Assembly (NCBI GenBank): GCA_964016885.1
Contig: OZ024746.1
Location: 22,630,001 to 22,694,000 of the forward strand
Direction: 5' to 3'
DNA: 64,000 nucleotides
Origin: Eledone cirrhosa
Lineage: Eukaryota
Part shown: positions 39,383 to 54,255 of the stretch, piece by piece
How positions within the stretch are numbered: the stretch's first letter is position 1
How the letters are laid out: every line of letters starts with the position of its first letter
Position numbers and translations under genes: made by a program
The notes under the pieces: model-generated
The model's input: the letters and a program-made list of their open reading frames with translations, nothing else
Told to the model about the DNA's origin: nothing
Database searches by the model: none

Positions 39383-42300
39383 ATTCCCGTTCTGTGTGTG
39401 TGTGTAAAAGAGTTTCACTTGGAAAATATTCCATCCATCTCTGTCAAATTAAACACATAGCCAAAATAGGCTACCGTTTGTAACAAAGAAAAAATTATTT
39501 CATAATGATTAATTTCGAAGTCACAAACTTCGATTTTATAATCTTATAGGCTTTTGCACTAACAAATTCCATGACGGCCATTAAAGAGAAGAGCGTTCCT
39601 TTTACACACTTCTTAACTGTCCCCCTTCCACAACACAACGTTATGGGATTGTATGTGTATGTGCGTGTGTATATGTGTGTGTGTAATTTCCATAACGGCC
39701 AGAGAGAGAAGGATGTGTGAGAGGGAGATAGAAAGAGAGGAGTGAGAGAGAGAGAATAAAATAAAGAAAGAGAGGAGTGTGTGTGACGCGAATATGATAA
39801 ATACAGCGTTTATAATTTTAACTTATTTATTACACTTAACTCTCCCCCTTCCACAACGTCACGTCTTGGGATTGTGTGCGTATGTGTGTGTGTGTGTATG
39901 TGTTTGTGTGTGTGTACGTGCGTATGTGTGTGTGTATGTATAAATGTGTTAATTGTAAGAAATAACAGACGATACTTTAGCGATAAATACAGTGTTTATA
40001 ATTTTAACTTATTTATTACACTTAACTCTCCCCCTTCCACAACGTCACGCAAGCAGAACTCCAGCGTGCTCACAATGCTGCCTCTACTTTGAACGTCAGA
40101 GCATTACAGAAAGCTGAACAAGCAGAACTCCGGCGTGCTCGCAATGCTGCTTCTAATTCCAATAGCCGTGCTTTAGAGACTGTTGACCAAACGGCAACAA
40201 GGCTTGCGGCTGATTCTCAACGGAAAATGTGTACTTATGTCTTTCCGAGGGATTCTTCCTGTTACTGGTCCAAGAAAGGTTTTCAATACAACCCCCAAGA
40301 GGACTACGCATCCCATCCACATATCATCATTGGTAGTATGTCAACTGTTTGTGTCCATTGTAATGCAATGAGGTGGCCAGCTGAATCTACCGGTATATGT
40401 TGCTCCAATGGAATGGTTACATTGCCTTATTTACAAGTCGGTGCCGAACCTTTGAATTCTCTGCTGCTTGGAGACCACCCTGATTCTAAACACTTTTTCA
40501 GAAATATAAGAGCCTACAATTCGGCTTTCCAAATGACAAGCTTTGGTCATACACCAATAAAAGATGGGAATTATATGCCCACATTTAAAGTACAAAGCCA
40601 AATTTACCATCAAATAGGATCACTTATTCCACAAGATGGCAAAGAACACAGTTTTCTCCAGATCTACTTTATGGGCAACGGACCTGAAGAAATTGCACGA
40701 AGGGCTTCAGTTGCTAAAGGAACGACACCTTCTCTTCTGCAGCCCCTTCAATATATGCTTCATTCCATAAACCCGTACATCACCATTTTCAAAACTGCTT
40801 TACAACGTAGAGATGCTAACAACAATCAATACAAGGTTGTCATTCGAAATGACCGCGCTCCACCAGGGCAGCATCAGGGTTGCTTTAATAGACCCCAAAC
40901 CGATGAAGTTGCGGTGATTATAACACGTCCTCATGAGAGCGCTTCAAACCGTGATATTGTTATTGAATGGCAGGACTCGCATCTTCAAAAAATAAATGAA
41001 CTTCATCCCGCATATGATGCTCTCCAGTATCCATTGCTGTTCCCCTTTGGCGACGATGGCTACCGCATTGATTTGCAAAAGTGTAATCCTGTAAGTTTAA
41101 TGCATCTTACACCAGAGAAAAGCATTTCACAAATGGAATTTTATGCATTTAGACTTATGTTTCGCAAAAACGACGTCAACATTCTGCATAGAACACGGAT
41201 GCTCCTCAATCAATACTGTGTAGACATATTTGCTAAGATTGACACTGAATGCCTCCAATGGATAAGACATCATCAAAAGGAACTGCGTTCAGAAGAATAC
41301 GGCAATCTACGTGACGAAGTAAACCGAAATGATCAGGCTAATGCTTCGGATGTTGGGCTTTCTGTCATTCTCCCATCATCATACACTGGAGGCCCCCGTT
41401 ACATGCATGAAAAAATGCAGGATGCTCTGACCTATGTCCGCCATTGTGGCCGTCCTGATCTTTTTATCACATTTACATGCAATCCAAAATGGTTTGACAT
41501 CCAGTCTCATTTACTTCATGGCCAAAATCCTTCACACAGGCATGATATCACATCCAGAGTGTTTCACATGAAGCTTATAAAAATGATGAATGTTTTAAAA
41601 TACGGACAACTTTTTGGACCAGTAAGGTGCTTCATGTACACAGTAGAATGGCAGAAGAGAGGACTCCCACATGCCCATATTCTCCTTTGGCTTCAAAAGA
41701 AACTTATGTCAACTGATGTTGATTCCATTATCAGTGCTGAATTGCCAAATCCCCAACAAGACCCTTCGCTATTTCAAATCATAAAAGCCAACATGATACA
41801 TGGCCCGTGTGGCCACCTAAATCCAAAATCTGCATGTATGGACAATAGGAGATGTACAAAGCGTTACCCACGTAAACTCATCAATGAAACCAAAACTGGT
41901 GATGATGGCTACCCTTCATACCGTCGCCGAGCACCGCAGGAGGGTGGACATATGGCAAATATAACGATGCTTGGTGGTCAAGATTTCACTATTGACAACC
42001 GATGGGTTGTACCACATAACAAGGTGGTATGTAAAATGTTTTCAACCCATATTAACGTTGAATTCTGCAACTCCGTCAAAGCAATCCAATACATCTGCAA
42101 GTATGTCCATAAGGGAGCTGATCGAGCAGTTATTGAGTTGGCTAAAAGCGATAACCCTGATGCTGCCACAGATGAAGTCACGTGTTTTCAAACTGGACGC
42201 TACATCTCTTCTAACGAGGGATTTTGGCGCATATTCGGTTTTCCGATCCATGAACGTGAACCTGCAGTTATTCATCTCAGTGTTCATTTGGAGAATGGTC

Positions 42301-43589
42301 AACGGGTGTATTTTAACCAAGAAAATATGCTTGACTGTGCAAGACAACCTCGAAGAACGACCCTTACCGGGTTCTTTGAAATTTGTACTTCAGACTCTTT
42401 TGCCAGAACACTTCTTTATGCGGAGTTGCCTACATTCTACACGTGGAATAAATCTTCCCGCTGTTGGCAAAGAAGAAAGCGAGGACGCATTTCACAAAGG
42501 GATGCTTTGATGCGTGAGTCTGATGCCCTCTCAAGAGTGTACACAGTTCACCCGCTCAATTCAGAATGTTTTCACCTTCGTCTTCTATTGCACGTTATCA
42601 AAGGTCCGACTTCCTTTGAAGACCTCCGTACCGTCAATGGCCATATTTGGTCAACATTTAAAGAGGCCTGCTCCAAATTAGGTCTTCTCGACAACGATGA
42701 CCACGCCCTCCATGAAGCATCCATGTTGCAGTCACCAATTGCTCTTCGTAAGCTTTTCGCCGTTATGCTGGTATACTGCAGTCTTGGGAATCCACAGTCT
42801 TTCTGGGATAAATATCGTGACAGCATGTGCTTGGACATCCTAATGCAATCTCGCTTTGCGTCCACAGACATGAATTTACAGTTTACACATGAAATGTACA
42901 ATTGCGGTCTCATATTTCTAGAAGATATACTTTTGGAAATGACCGGCCATCCCTTGAAGAACTACTATATGGAATCCCCTAAAAGAGAAAATGAGGCTGT
43001 TTGTAACCGCCACGTACTAAGGGAGACATGCTACAATGCTGCCAAGATTGACACTGAATGCCTCCAATGGATAAGACATCATCAAAAGGAACTGCGTTCA
43101 GAAGAATACGGCAATCTACGTGACGAAGTAAACCGAAATGATCACGCTAATGCTTCGGATGTTGGGCTTTCTGTCATTCTCCCATCATCATACACTGGAG
43201 GCCCCCGTTACATGCATGAAAAAATGCAGGATGCTCTGACCTATGTCCACCATTGTGGCCGTCCTGATCTTTTTATCACCTTTACATGCAATCCAAGATG
43301 GTTTGACATCCAGTCTCATTTACTGTTTGTCTTTCGGTTATTAATAAAAAAAATTACACATTGTTCAACCGACACGGCTAACGATACATTTCTCTATGTT
43401 CACATTTTAATGACACATATCTGTAAATAAAACTTGCTCTTTTTGAATACCGTCTCATTTTTTTTTTATTGAAAGAGTTGATCAGGTAAAATTATCCTCC
43501 AAGTTAAACATACAACACGGAAATTGACCATTAACATTGCAGCCCTACCAAGAACTGATACCGTCCAATGGACGGGGGTCATTTGCTAG

Positions 43590-43621
<32 letters not shown>

Positions 43622-45123
43622 AACCAGCGTTCATCGCCATTTTCTCTCTATCTGATTATCTTGTACCTCTCTCTGTATAACGACCTATCTCACTCTCTCT
43701 CTCTACATCTCCCTTTCTCTAGATGATAATAATGAAATTATTGTGTAAAGTGCTCAGGTGCACTACAACTCGTCAATATAGTACATAGAATAATACACAA
43801 ATGTCAGGGAAGTACATGTTTGTATGTGTTAGCTGTAGTGTTGGCGGATCTCGGGAAGCATGGAGGCCTTGAAGGATGCAGTGTCTCGACAGCTAACAAC
43901 TGATGCAGGTAGTTTGTTCCATGCTTCAGCAACTCTGAGCGTGAAAAAATGTTTCCAAAAGTCATGGGAACTGTGCTGTTTTCTTACTTTGTGGGCATGT
44001 CCACGTGTGTTAGACACATGGAAATCGAAAAGGCACTCAGGGTTGTTGTTGGCAACATGGTTAACAATTTTGTGGGTGTTTACCAAGTCAGTTGCCAGGC
44101 GTCGGAGCTTCAATGAATCCATGCCCAGGGAAGCAAGGCGCTCAGAGTATGGTAGATGCCTGATGTATATGTATATGTGTGATATATATATAGTGAGAGT
44201 TGCCCACATGTATGCAGTTTTATAGACTTTTGAGGGTAGTGAGAATGAAAATATAAACAGAGCATATAAATAAATTTACAGTAGAATAACATAACAAATA
44301 TGTTTTAAATATATACATAAATAACATTACAAATGCCTCGGTAACACTACAAAGGATGATACAATGAAAGATATATTCCTTCAATGCTACAATATTAAAG
44401 AAAATGCAAAGGAAGGGGTGAACAACGGAGCCAACACCAGAGCAAAAGACCAACGTCGCGAGTACTGGCTGGGCAACCTCTCTAATTTTGAGGCAAGCCA
44501 GCACACTCGCAGCGTTGCCTCGGGTGATGGCGAGGCTGATGCGTTGAAATATTGTTTTAAAAGACTTTTTAATGGAAATGAAGCAAAATGGAAGCTTAAT
44601 GTTGAAACTTCGAACTCATGAATTTTGCAGGTTAAAATTTTGCTGGCCCGAAAACTCTTCGCGTATTTTTGTACGCGTAGTTAGTTCGTAACGTAAATAG
44701 ATAAACAAATGACGCCATAAAAGGGAAATAACTCGTCTCTCATCTCTATTTATACATTTGAACTGAAAAATCAATACATTACAAATTCGATTTTTGCACT
44801 TGGCGTGGGTCGATTTGAAAAGTATTTTTGACCGATGTCTCCGCCGGATCTTCATCTATAAGTGTAGCAATTTCACCGAAATTTGAACGTACGGTTTAAG
44901 AGGAGATATGTGCCGATCGTTTTAGTAGACACAAACAGTCCGACAACCTCAGTTTTATATATATAGACTAGCAGAAAACCGCCCACTCGGGTGGTTTTCT
45001 GCTAGTATATATATATATATTACACACACAGAAATGTATATATATTTCTGTGTGTGTGTGTATATATATATATTAGACACACAGAAATTTATATATATTT
45101 CTGTGTGTATATATATATATATT

Positions 45124-45160
<37 letters not shown>

Positions 45161-48100
45161 TACACACACACACAGAAATGTATATATGTTTCTGTAGCAC
45201 TCCTCAATTCCCCCCTCTCTCCCTCCCGCTATCCCCCTCTTGTAGTCTCTCTTTCTTTCACTCTCACTCTCTCACTACGCGTGCGCAAAAAACATTCGCA
45301 TGCGCGCACGTGTTTTAGTGTCTATTCGCTCTCTCTCTCTCTCTCCCTCCCGCTATCCCCCTCTCGTAGTCTCTCTTTCTTTCACTCTCTCTCTACGCGT
45401 GCGCAAAAAACATTCGCAAGCGCGCACGTGTTTCCACTGTCGGATAGACAAACAGAGAAATTGCTGGTTATATATTATAAGGAGATGATGTTAATAATAT
45501 AATTGGAATATAGCTCATAGATTGTAAGATAATGAATTGCAGAGGATGATGGGAATAGAGTCAGTGGCGAATATTGTGTGGTAAAATGGAATGAGATGGT
45601 TAAGTCATTTGTTGAGGAAGGGTGAGACAAATAGAACCAGTGATGAATGTTGTGTGGAAAAATGGAATGAAATGGTTGTGTTGAAGGATGAAAGAGACTG
45701 GTTGAGATGAATGATTGTGCAGTTTGTTAATCAGTGTCCGTGACTAGGTCGCAGATGGTGGGGTAATAATTTTCACACCAAGAAATAAGTGATTGATATG
45801 AAGTGAAGTTAAGTTTTTGTATTTTTAAGTAGTTAGAACAACTCTTCCAAGCAGTTTTAGTTTCAACACACAGTCACAGATCAAGTCATTTGCCAGACAT
45901 GTACAACTGGCTAAAATGATTGTTTTAGTTTCAACACACACTCGGTTCAAGTCATTTGCCAGACATGTACAACTGTGGCTAAAATGACTCTTCCATGATG
46001 TAATTGTTTTAGTTTCAACACACAGTCACAGATCAAGTCATTTGCCAGACATGTACAACTGGCTAAAATGATTCTTTCATGATGTAATTGTTTTAGTTTC
46101 AACACACACTCGGTTCAAGTCATTTGCCAGACAAGTACAACTGTGGCTAAAATGACTCTTCCATGATGTAATTGTTTTAGTTTCAACACACACTCGGTTC
46201 AAGTCATTTGCCAGACAAGTACAACTGTGTCTAAAAGGACTCTTCCATGATGTAATTGTTTTAGTTTCAACACACACTCGGTTCAAGTCATTTGCCAGAC
46301 AAGTACAACTGTGTCTAAAAGGACTCTTCCATGATGTAATTGTTTCAACACACACTCGGTTCAAGTCATTTGCCAGACATGTACAACTGTGGCTAAAATG
46401 ACTCTTCCATGATGTAATTGTTTTAGTTTCAACACAGTCACAGATCAAGTCACTTGCCAGACATGTGCAACTTGTTTCTTCTTTTGATTTTCAGATAGTG
46501 ACCGTCCCAAGCCAATTATTAGACGTGGTGTTCTAATGACAATGTTACAACAGAATGCTGTATCACTACCTCTGTGGGTTAGCAAACCTGGGGAAAAGTA
46601 AATATTTTATTCTTTTATTATTGTTGATTCCATACTTTGTTTTGCTGCTTATCTCTTTTGATACCAGGCTCCCTGAAACTGGTCTTGCTTCTATGGTACA
46701 CAACTGTGTTTTAACGTGTTTATATTTGTCTAAAATTCTTCCATCATAATTTTATGTCAAAACCTTTGTTAGGTTATGTTCCAAACATTAGTTTAATAAT
46801 GAGGTTAATTATATTACTAAATCCCTACAAATGATAGACATAAATATGGTATCAAAAGGGTTAAAGAATAGTGAAACCCCTCTATGTATTATAAGACAAT
46901 TGTCAGCTGATGTGGTGAATAATTAAATACCTTGCATTGTTCGTTCTGGTTCTCTGCATTCTGAGTGGAAAGTGGACGAATAAATGAATGCCTTTCTAGT
47001 GAGGGTGCCATGATAAAAATGCACTCAGTCAACATTGTAAGCCAGTTGTGCTGGAGTCACAATAACATTTTTCCAGTATGCATCGTAAAGTGGTTGGTGT
47101 TAGGAAGGGCATTGAGCCTTAGAAACCAATCCAAATATGGAACATATGCCTCAGAATATGACAACCTGTCTAACCCATGCAAGCATGGAAAATAGACATT
47201 AAACAGTGATGATGATGATGGTGATTGGATTCATATTTACAAACATTAAGAAAACCACCCTGTTAGGTGATCATTTCGGTGCCACGATAAAAACCAGCTA
47301 GTCTACACTGTAACATGTTTGGCATCTAGCTGTAGAGACCAAGTCAAAATTCAGATCCATATGTGCATGACTTGTCTCATAATGTGACAACCCATGTAAA
47401 CGTGGAAAACTGACGTTAAATGATGATGATAAATTTATCTCAGGATCATTGTTTGAGATGTAAAATGTTTGAAGGACTCGTAAAATTTCAACACTTTTTC
47501 ATGTTCAGTCATCAGTTGTTATTTGAAATTACTGTCTTTCTTAGATGGGATAGAGACCATGTTACCCTCATATATTACAGTGTCTCTGCTAATTCACTAA
47601 CCCATATTACAGAGTGTACTGGGTGCAATTTTTATCTTGACACTAGCACTAGTGAGTTTGTTTTCTGTTATACAAGACTAAAAACTATTTACTATTATTA
47701 TTATTATTATGAATTCAAATCCCGCCGAGGTTAGCTTTGCCTTTCATCCTTACGGGGGTCGATAAAATAAAGTACCAGTAACGCATTGGGATGGATTTAA
47801 TCGACTTCCCCCTTCCCTTCAAATTGCTGGCTATATGCCAAATGTTGAAAGAATTACTATTAGCATTTCATCAAAGATCAGTGGAGTAGGTGCCATAGTT
47901 AAAAGTAAAGTATGGGTTGGTATCAAGCAGGGTGTCTGGCCATAGAATATTGTAGATGAAACAAAAAGTCTTTGGAAAAGCAGACATAAAAATATGACTT
48001 AATATGTAGAAATCAGGATCAAACAATTTTTTTTTTCCTTTTTTATTATAACCAGTTAATAATATTGTATTTATAGCATGTCCCTCTTTGATTGTTTTAT

Positions 48101-51100
48101 AGGCCACCTCCACTGTGTGGAGCTGTCCCAGCAGACGCTAATTATGTGGGTAAAACGGGTGACAAGGTTGCTGCCAGAGTTAAAGGTCAGGATGGAGAAG
48201 AAGAGAATTGGATCCTGGCTGAAATTTCTTCCTATACTCCAGCTTCTGGTAAATATGAAGTCGATGATATTGATGCAGAAGAGAGCAATGAGTAAGTAAT
48301 ATTTGGAATAGTTTTTGTTCATGTATGTATGATAGCCTAAGATATCTATACTAGGAGAAACATATAAAGGGGAGGAGTGTGGCCTAGTGGTAAGTGTGTC
48401 AGACTTACAATGATAATGTTGTGGGTGCGATTTCTGGACTAGGTTGTGTGTTGTTCTTGAGCAAAACACTTCATTCCACATTGTTCCAGTATACTCAGCT
48501 GAAAATAAGTACCAGCAGTAGCTGGGGGTTTAACCCCATGACTTTGTCATTTAACGCCATGGCAACTGAGATGAGTACCAGCCTTATGAGCCTTGATTCA
48601 GACTTTAATCCCGTGATAGACTGGTGTTCTGACCTGTGAGGAGTCTTGTAATTTCAGTCACTTAATGCCATGGAAATGAGGATAAACACTGGCCTGATGA
48701 ACTTTCTGGCTTAAGACAGAGAGAATCACCTGAGATGATTTCCTGCAGGGCAGAATTTGTCCTAATATATTTTTGTAGTAAAATCTGATAATTGGCAGTG
48801 TCGGGCAACATGCTTTGTATAGCATATAGTTACATTCCTTTATGTTCTGAGTTCACATCCTACTGAGGTTTTATCCTCACAGCGTCGATAAAATAAAGTC
48901 CCAGTAATGCACTAGGGTTGTTTTTATTGGCCTTCCCCTCCCCCAAAATTGTCGGGGCTCATGCCTAAATCAGAAACCATTGTCATATATATATATACAG
49001 GTGGTGAATTGGCAGTGTCATTAGAGTAGTGGATTAAAGCTTCAGTAGCTGTTCTGGCTCTCTGAGTTCAAATCCTGTTGTGATCAACAAGACCAATGGG
49101 AACATAAATTCCTTGATCTGATGGTCTGCTCCTTTTAGTAAATCATTCAAAATTCAAAAGAAATTTTACTCTAAAAAGGTTAAAGTTTTTTCTAATTCTT
49201 CAAGAATAATTGGCATAGGGTAAGGTATAATGTTCCATAGTCTTACACAGACAATGGTTCTTCAGTGTTCATATTTATTGTATATTATATTTTGTTTACA
49301 GGAGACACTCTTTAAGTCGTAGGAGGATTGTACCGTTGCCAATATGGAAAGCAAATCCAGAAACTGACCCTGATGCCTTGTTCCCTAAAGAAACGGTGAG
49401 AAATCATATAATATCTCTCATGTAGAAAATCTTGATAATTTCTCAGTTTTGGGGATTAACACTAGGATAGTTCCATTAATATCTTGTAAGAAAACCTATT
49501 TAACTTATTTAAATGGAAATGGGGCACATCAACAAAAGAATCTTTTGCTTTGCAGACCTATCAAACACTGAAAGTTTTTTTCAATATATTTGATGTTATT
49601 TCATTTAGTTTGATATGCTCCATCCCCCACATGGCATATGCCTAGCCCACAGCCATCAACAACATTAATCTCACTGGTATCATGTGAAGACTATGGAAAC
49701 TGCCCTCTCAAGAGCATTTATCTCACTGGTATCAGAGGGGCTAGTGAAGGCTATGGGCACTGTCCCCTCCTACACCAACTATGTGGACTTTGTAAGCCAC
49801 AGTGCAGGCAACCAATTTACGAGAGTAGTCACTCTGAATAAATATGTCCACAGAGGGTAGACTTGGGCTCTGTAAGCCACAGTGAAGGAAGCCCATCTAG
49901 GAGAGCAGTCACTCTGAATAAAAACTGTATTTTGGCTTGGTTTCTATGGCTATTGCTCTTCCTAACACCAACCATATTACAGTGTGTACTGGGTACTTTT
50001 TATCGTAATGCTGAAGCAACCACTTTATTGGGTGAACTGGGTGCTTTTTGTCATGTCACCAGCACAACCACCTTACAGTGTGGACTAGTTGCTTTTTTTT
50101 CTTGTCACAATTACAATCACCTTACATATAGTTATTAGAAGTTATGTCCAGCTATTGACAATGAATTATTAATGGAATGAAATATTGTTGATATTCTTTG
50201 TATTATTATTATTTCATTTATTTTATTTTTGTTTTGTAGCTTGTGTTGGCCCTGTATCCACAGACTACATGCTTCTATCGTGCACTCATCCATGAACCAC
50301 CAAAAAGGGTACTGTTTATTTTGTTATCGTTAACTTTGCGAAGTTCTCACCATTAATAATAAATTATTGAACCCTTTCATTACCATATTTCTAATGAAAG
50401 ACACTTATAATTTTCAAATAATTTTAAAAATAAATAAGAATTTGGAGGGTTAAGTGATATAACTAAACTTCTCAGTATTTATCTGCTGTTTGGAACATAA
50501 AAATAAAATTATTATGTGAAGTTTATGAAAAATTGTGAATTTTTTTTTTTTAGATAAATATAGATACTTTAAACACTTTCATTATCATATTTCTAATGAA
50601 AGACTGCCTATGAGTTTCATTTAATATATAAAGTAATCAAATATTTGGAGGCATTTAATAAAATATAACTAACTTTTCATATTTATTAAGCTGATGTTTG
50701 GAACATAACAAAGGTTCTTAACTAAGATAGATGTCAATTTTTTTTGATAAACATAAATACTTCAAAATAAATAGTTTTGTATCTTATAATGAAGGACAGT
50801 TTCAGTAAGTCTGGGATGAAAAAATGTTAAAGTAGTAGAAATGAGAAATATATAAGGACAGCAAATATCTGACAGTTTATATTTTTGTACATTTAGACCT
50901 GAGTTCTAATCTTGTTAAGATTAGAATTTGTAAAGGACGTGACGACCTCCTTAGTGCTTGTCATCACCATCTAATATCCATTTTTCCACACTAGCATGAG
51001 TTATCCCATTGCGAGACAAACCAGATCAGATAACCATGACTGGCTCATATAGAAATGTTTCTTTCTTGGTTTCTGTAGATGGATGCCCTTCCTAATGCCA

Positions 51101-52843
51101 ACCACATTTACAATGTGGACTGGGTACTTTTTGTCATGACACCTACACAACCATTTTACAGTATGGACTGGGTGCTTTTTGTCATACCAACACATGGTAA
51201 ATGCACCCAGTACATTCTGTAAAGTGGTTGATGATAGTAGAAAGCTTGCCAAACAAAAGGTTGAGCAAGACATTCATTTCATATTACTCCAATTTACTCA
51301 GCTGGAAAAATAACAGTTGAGAGTTAATGTTGTCATAGACAGATATCCCATCAAAGAGTAGCCTTGTACTCTCTCTTCTCTAACACTGCATGAAACCTGG
51401 ATAAGTTGTTCCAAACATCAGTTTAATGATATAATTTTATGGAAGATTTTAGATAAATATATACTATAAAACAAGTAGTTTTGTATCATAATACCAAGGA
51501 CCAGTTTGGCATCAAGCATTATGGTCATGTTTGGAACATAACAAAAAATTATGATGGAAGGTTTTTAAATAAATATAAACTCATTAAAATAAATAGCTTT
51601 GAAACCTCCCCTCGGCCATGTGAAAGTTTGCATTAGCTAGATATTCTTGAAAAGTTTAAAACAGCACTGACTGCATCACATTAAATATTAAAATCTTTAC
51701 ATTAATTACTGCAAATTTTTTACATTATTAGCAAGACAATTTTGGAATATACAAAACAGCGTTATAATTGCATCACGTTAAATATTAGTCTTTAATCTAA
51801 TACTGCCAATTTTCACACGAATCTGTCCTCTAGTAAAGATACTATAAACATTAGAATTAATATCTCTCGCTATTTTGTGCTAAATCATTATTGAATGTTA
51901 TGTGTTAAAATACAGATTTCTTTAAAAACTGAGAATCATTAATTATCTGCCCCTCTTTCATGAATTTTTTCATGTGTGTGTGTGTGTGTGAAGTTAATTT
52001 GATATATATTTTGTACAGGATTATTTGAGACACTTCCAACCTATGCTGGCATGGAATAGCAAGTGTTAGATTATGATCATGTGTGTTATTTAACCTTTCC
52101 TTAACCCTTTAGGATTTACATTACTCTATATTTACTATTGTATTTTCACGGTAAACACTTTATCTCATATAATATGGAATCTACGAGATTTTGATATTAT
52201 TCATTTTGAGAACAATACCTTAACATAAGTATGAGCAGCTGGTTATGGCCGATTTGAACAGAAAGAGGTAAAAGATATGACCGGTTTAAATGTTGTGGGT
52301 TCAATTTCTGGACTAGGTTGTGTGTTGTATTCTTGAGCAAAACACTTTATTTCACATTGCTCCAGTGAAAATGGTACCAACAATAGCTGGAGGTTTAACC
52401 CTGCAATGGGCTGGCATACTGTCCAGGAGGGAGTCTTGTACTCTGTTACTTCACGCCATGGCAACCAGGACAAGCATTGGCCTAATGAGTTTCTGGGCTT
52501 GAGCCAGACTTTAGACTTTTTAAGCATTTTGAATCTGGTGAATGAGTTTGAATGTCAGTGTATGGATTTGCTTGAGTTCACGGGTGGCTTTAATTTGATC
52601 TGGATGACTTTACGTTCAAGTTAAGGCAATTGATGGTCTTACATGGGTCAGCTGAAAAGTTATAGACTGACCCAGATACTCTCATCGAATGACCAAATGA
52701 GGTTCGTTTTTCAACATAGTCCCTGGAAAGAAACAATGCAGTTATTAATAAGAATAGTTGAAATTAATCCATACAAGATTTCACAGCTCTAGCATCAATC
52801 CTTCATAGTCAGCCTTTGAACTTTTCAGCCTATCCTTATATAT

Positions 52844-52887
<44 letters not shown>

Positions 52888-54193
52888 GTGATGCTGTGAT
52901 ACTGAAGACCCGCCTTCCCAAGAACACAGATTGAAGTATACATCGAGTATGCACCCCCTTTACCTCCATCGCCACTTCCATACATCTTCCATGTCCTAAC
53001 ATTCTGCCTTCACACACACCCCTATACCTACCTCGCCAATCCCCACACACCTACCCCACCAAAGTCCCCAGCCCACACTGTAAAGTGGTCATGTAGGTGT
53101 CACAGCAAAAAGCACCCAGTATACTGTAAAGTGGTCGTAGAAGTGGTTGGCGTCAGATAATAATAATGAAAATATTGTGTACAGTGCTCAGGTGCACTAC
53201 AACTCATCAAAAGTGTATGTATAGTACATAGGGTAATGTATAAACGTCAGGAAAATGAACAGTGCATGAGTCATGATATACACGTGTGCATGTGTATGGA
53301 AGGGGGACATCAGGTGTAGTTTTGGCGAATTTCGGGAAGCTTGAGGGTTTTAAATGATGCAGTGTCTCGGCAGCTAACAACTGACACAGGCAGTTTGCTC
53401 CATGCTTTCTGACTTTGTAGGCATGTCCACGTGTGTTAGACACATGGAGATCAAAAAGGTGCTCAGGGTTGTTGTTGGCGAGATGGTTAATAACTTCGTC
53501 GGTGTTTACCAAGTCCATTGCCAGACGTCGGAGCTTTAATGAATCCATGCCCAGGGATGCAAGGCGTTCAGAGTATGGTAGGTGTCTGATGGAGGGTTTG
53601 CGCTTGGTTGCACGTCTCAGAACAGTTTCCAGGAGGTCAATGTTCTGATGCTGCAAATTCCAAGTGTGGTCGTACCATAGCTGTATACAGCTTTAAGTAG
53701 ATGGTTGGAGAGCGGCTAACAAAGGTCTTGCTGAGTGATGCCAAGACACCCTCGGCCTTCTTGACAGGAAGGGCACCCTGCCAGAGAAACCAAACCAGAA
53801 AAAAAACAGTTCTGTATAAGCAAGATATGGTCTCCTAACCCAACTTGCCTCAAATATAACAACCCATCTAACCTAAGCTAGCTTGTAAAATAGACCTTAA
53901 ATGAATATATATATTCATCATCATCGTTTAAGTTTGGTAGTTCACCACTGGGTAGAATTGGTCATTCTGTGATGTTAACCATGATGTAATAGAAGGAAAG
54001 CATTCAATGTTACGCACTTCATCCATCTTTGATGTTGAATCCTGTTGAGTTAAATATTATAAAAGTAAAATGTCAGGAGGCTGCAAAGGTTAAATTCTGA
54101 AGGAATTTAACCTTTCAGTAAAATGTACATAGTGTTTGCAGGAATAAAAATCTGAAGGAATTTAACCTGTCCAGTCTCCTGTCATTTTACTCA

Positions 54194-54255
<62 letters not shown>

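Noticed and set aside
46077-46448. Cys/His-containing 28-aa repeat ORF
   Set aside because: A product of the 84-bp tandem repeat, antisense in an intron; some units break the frame.
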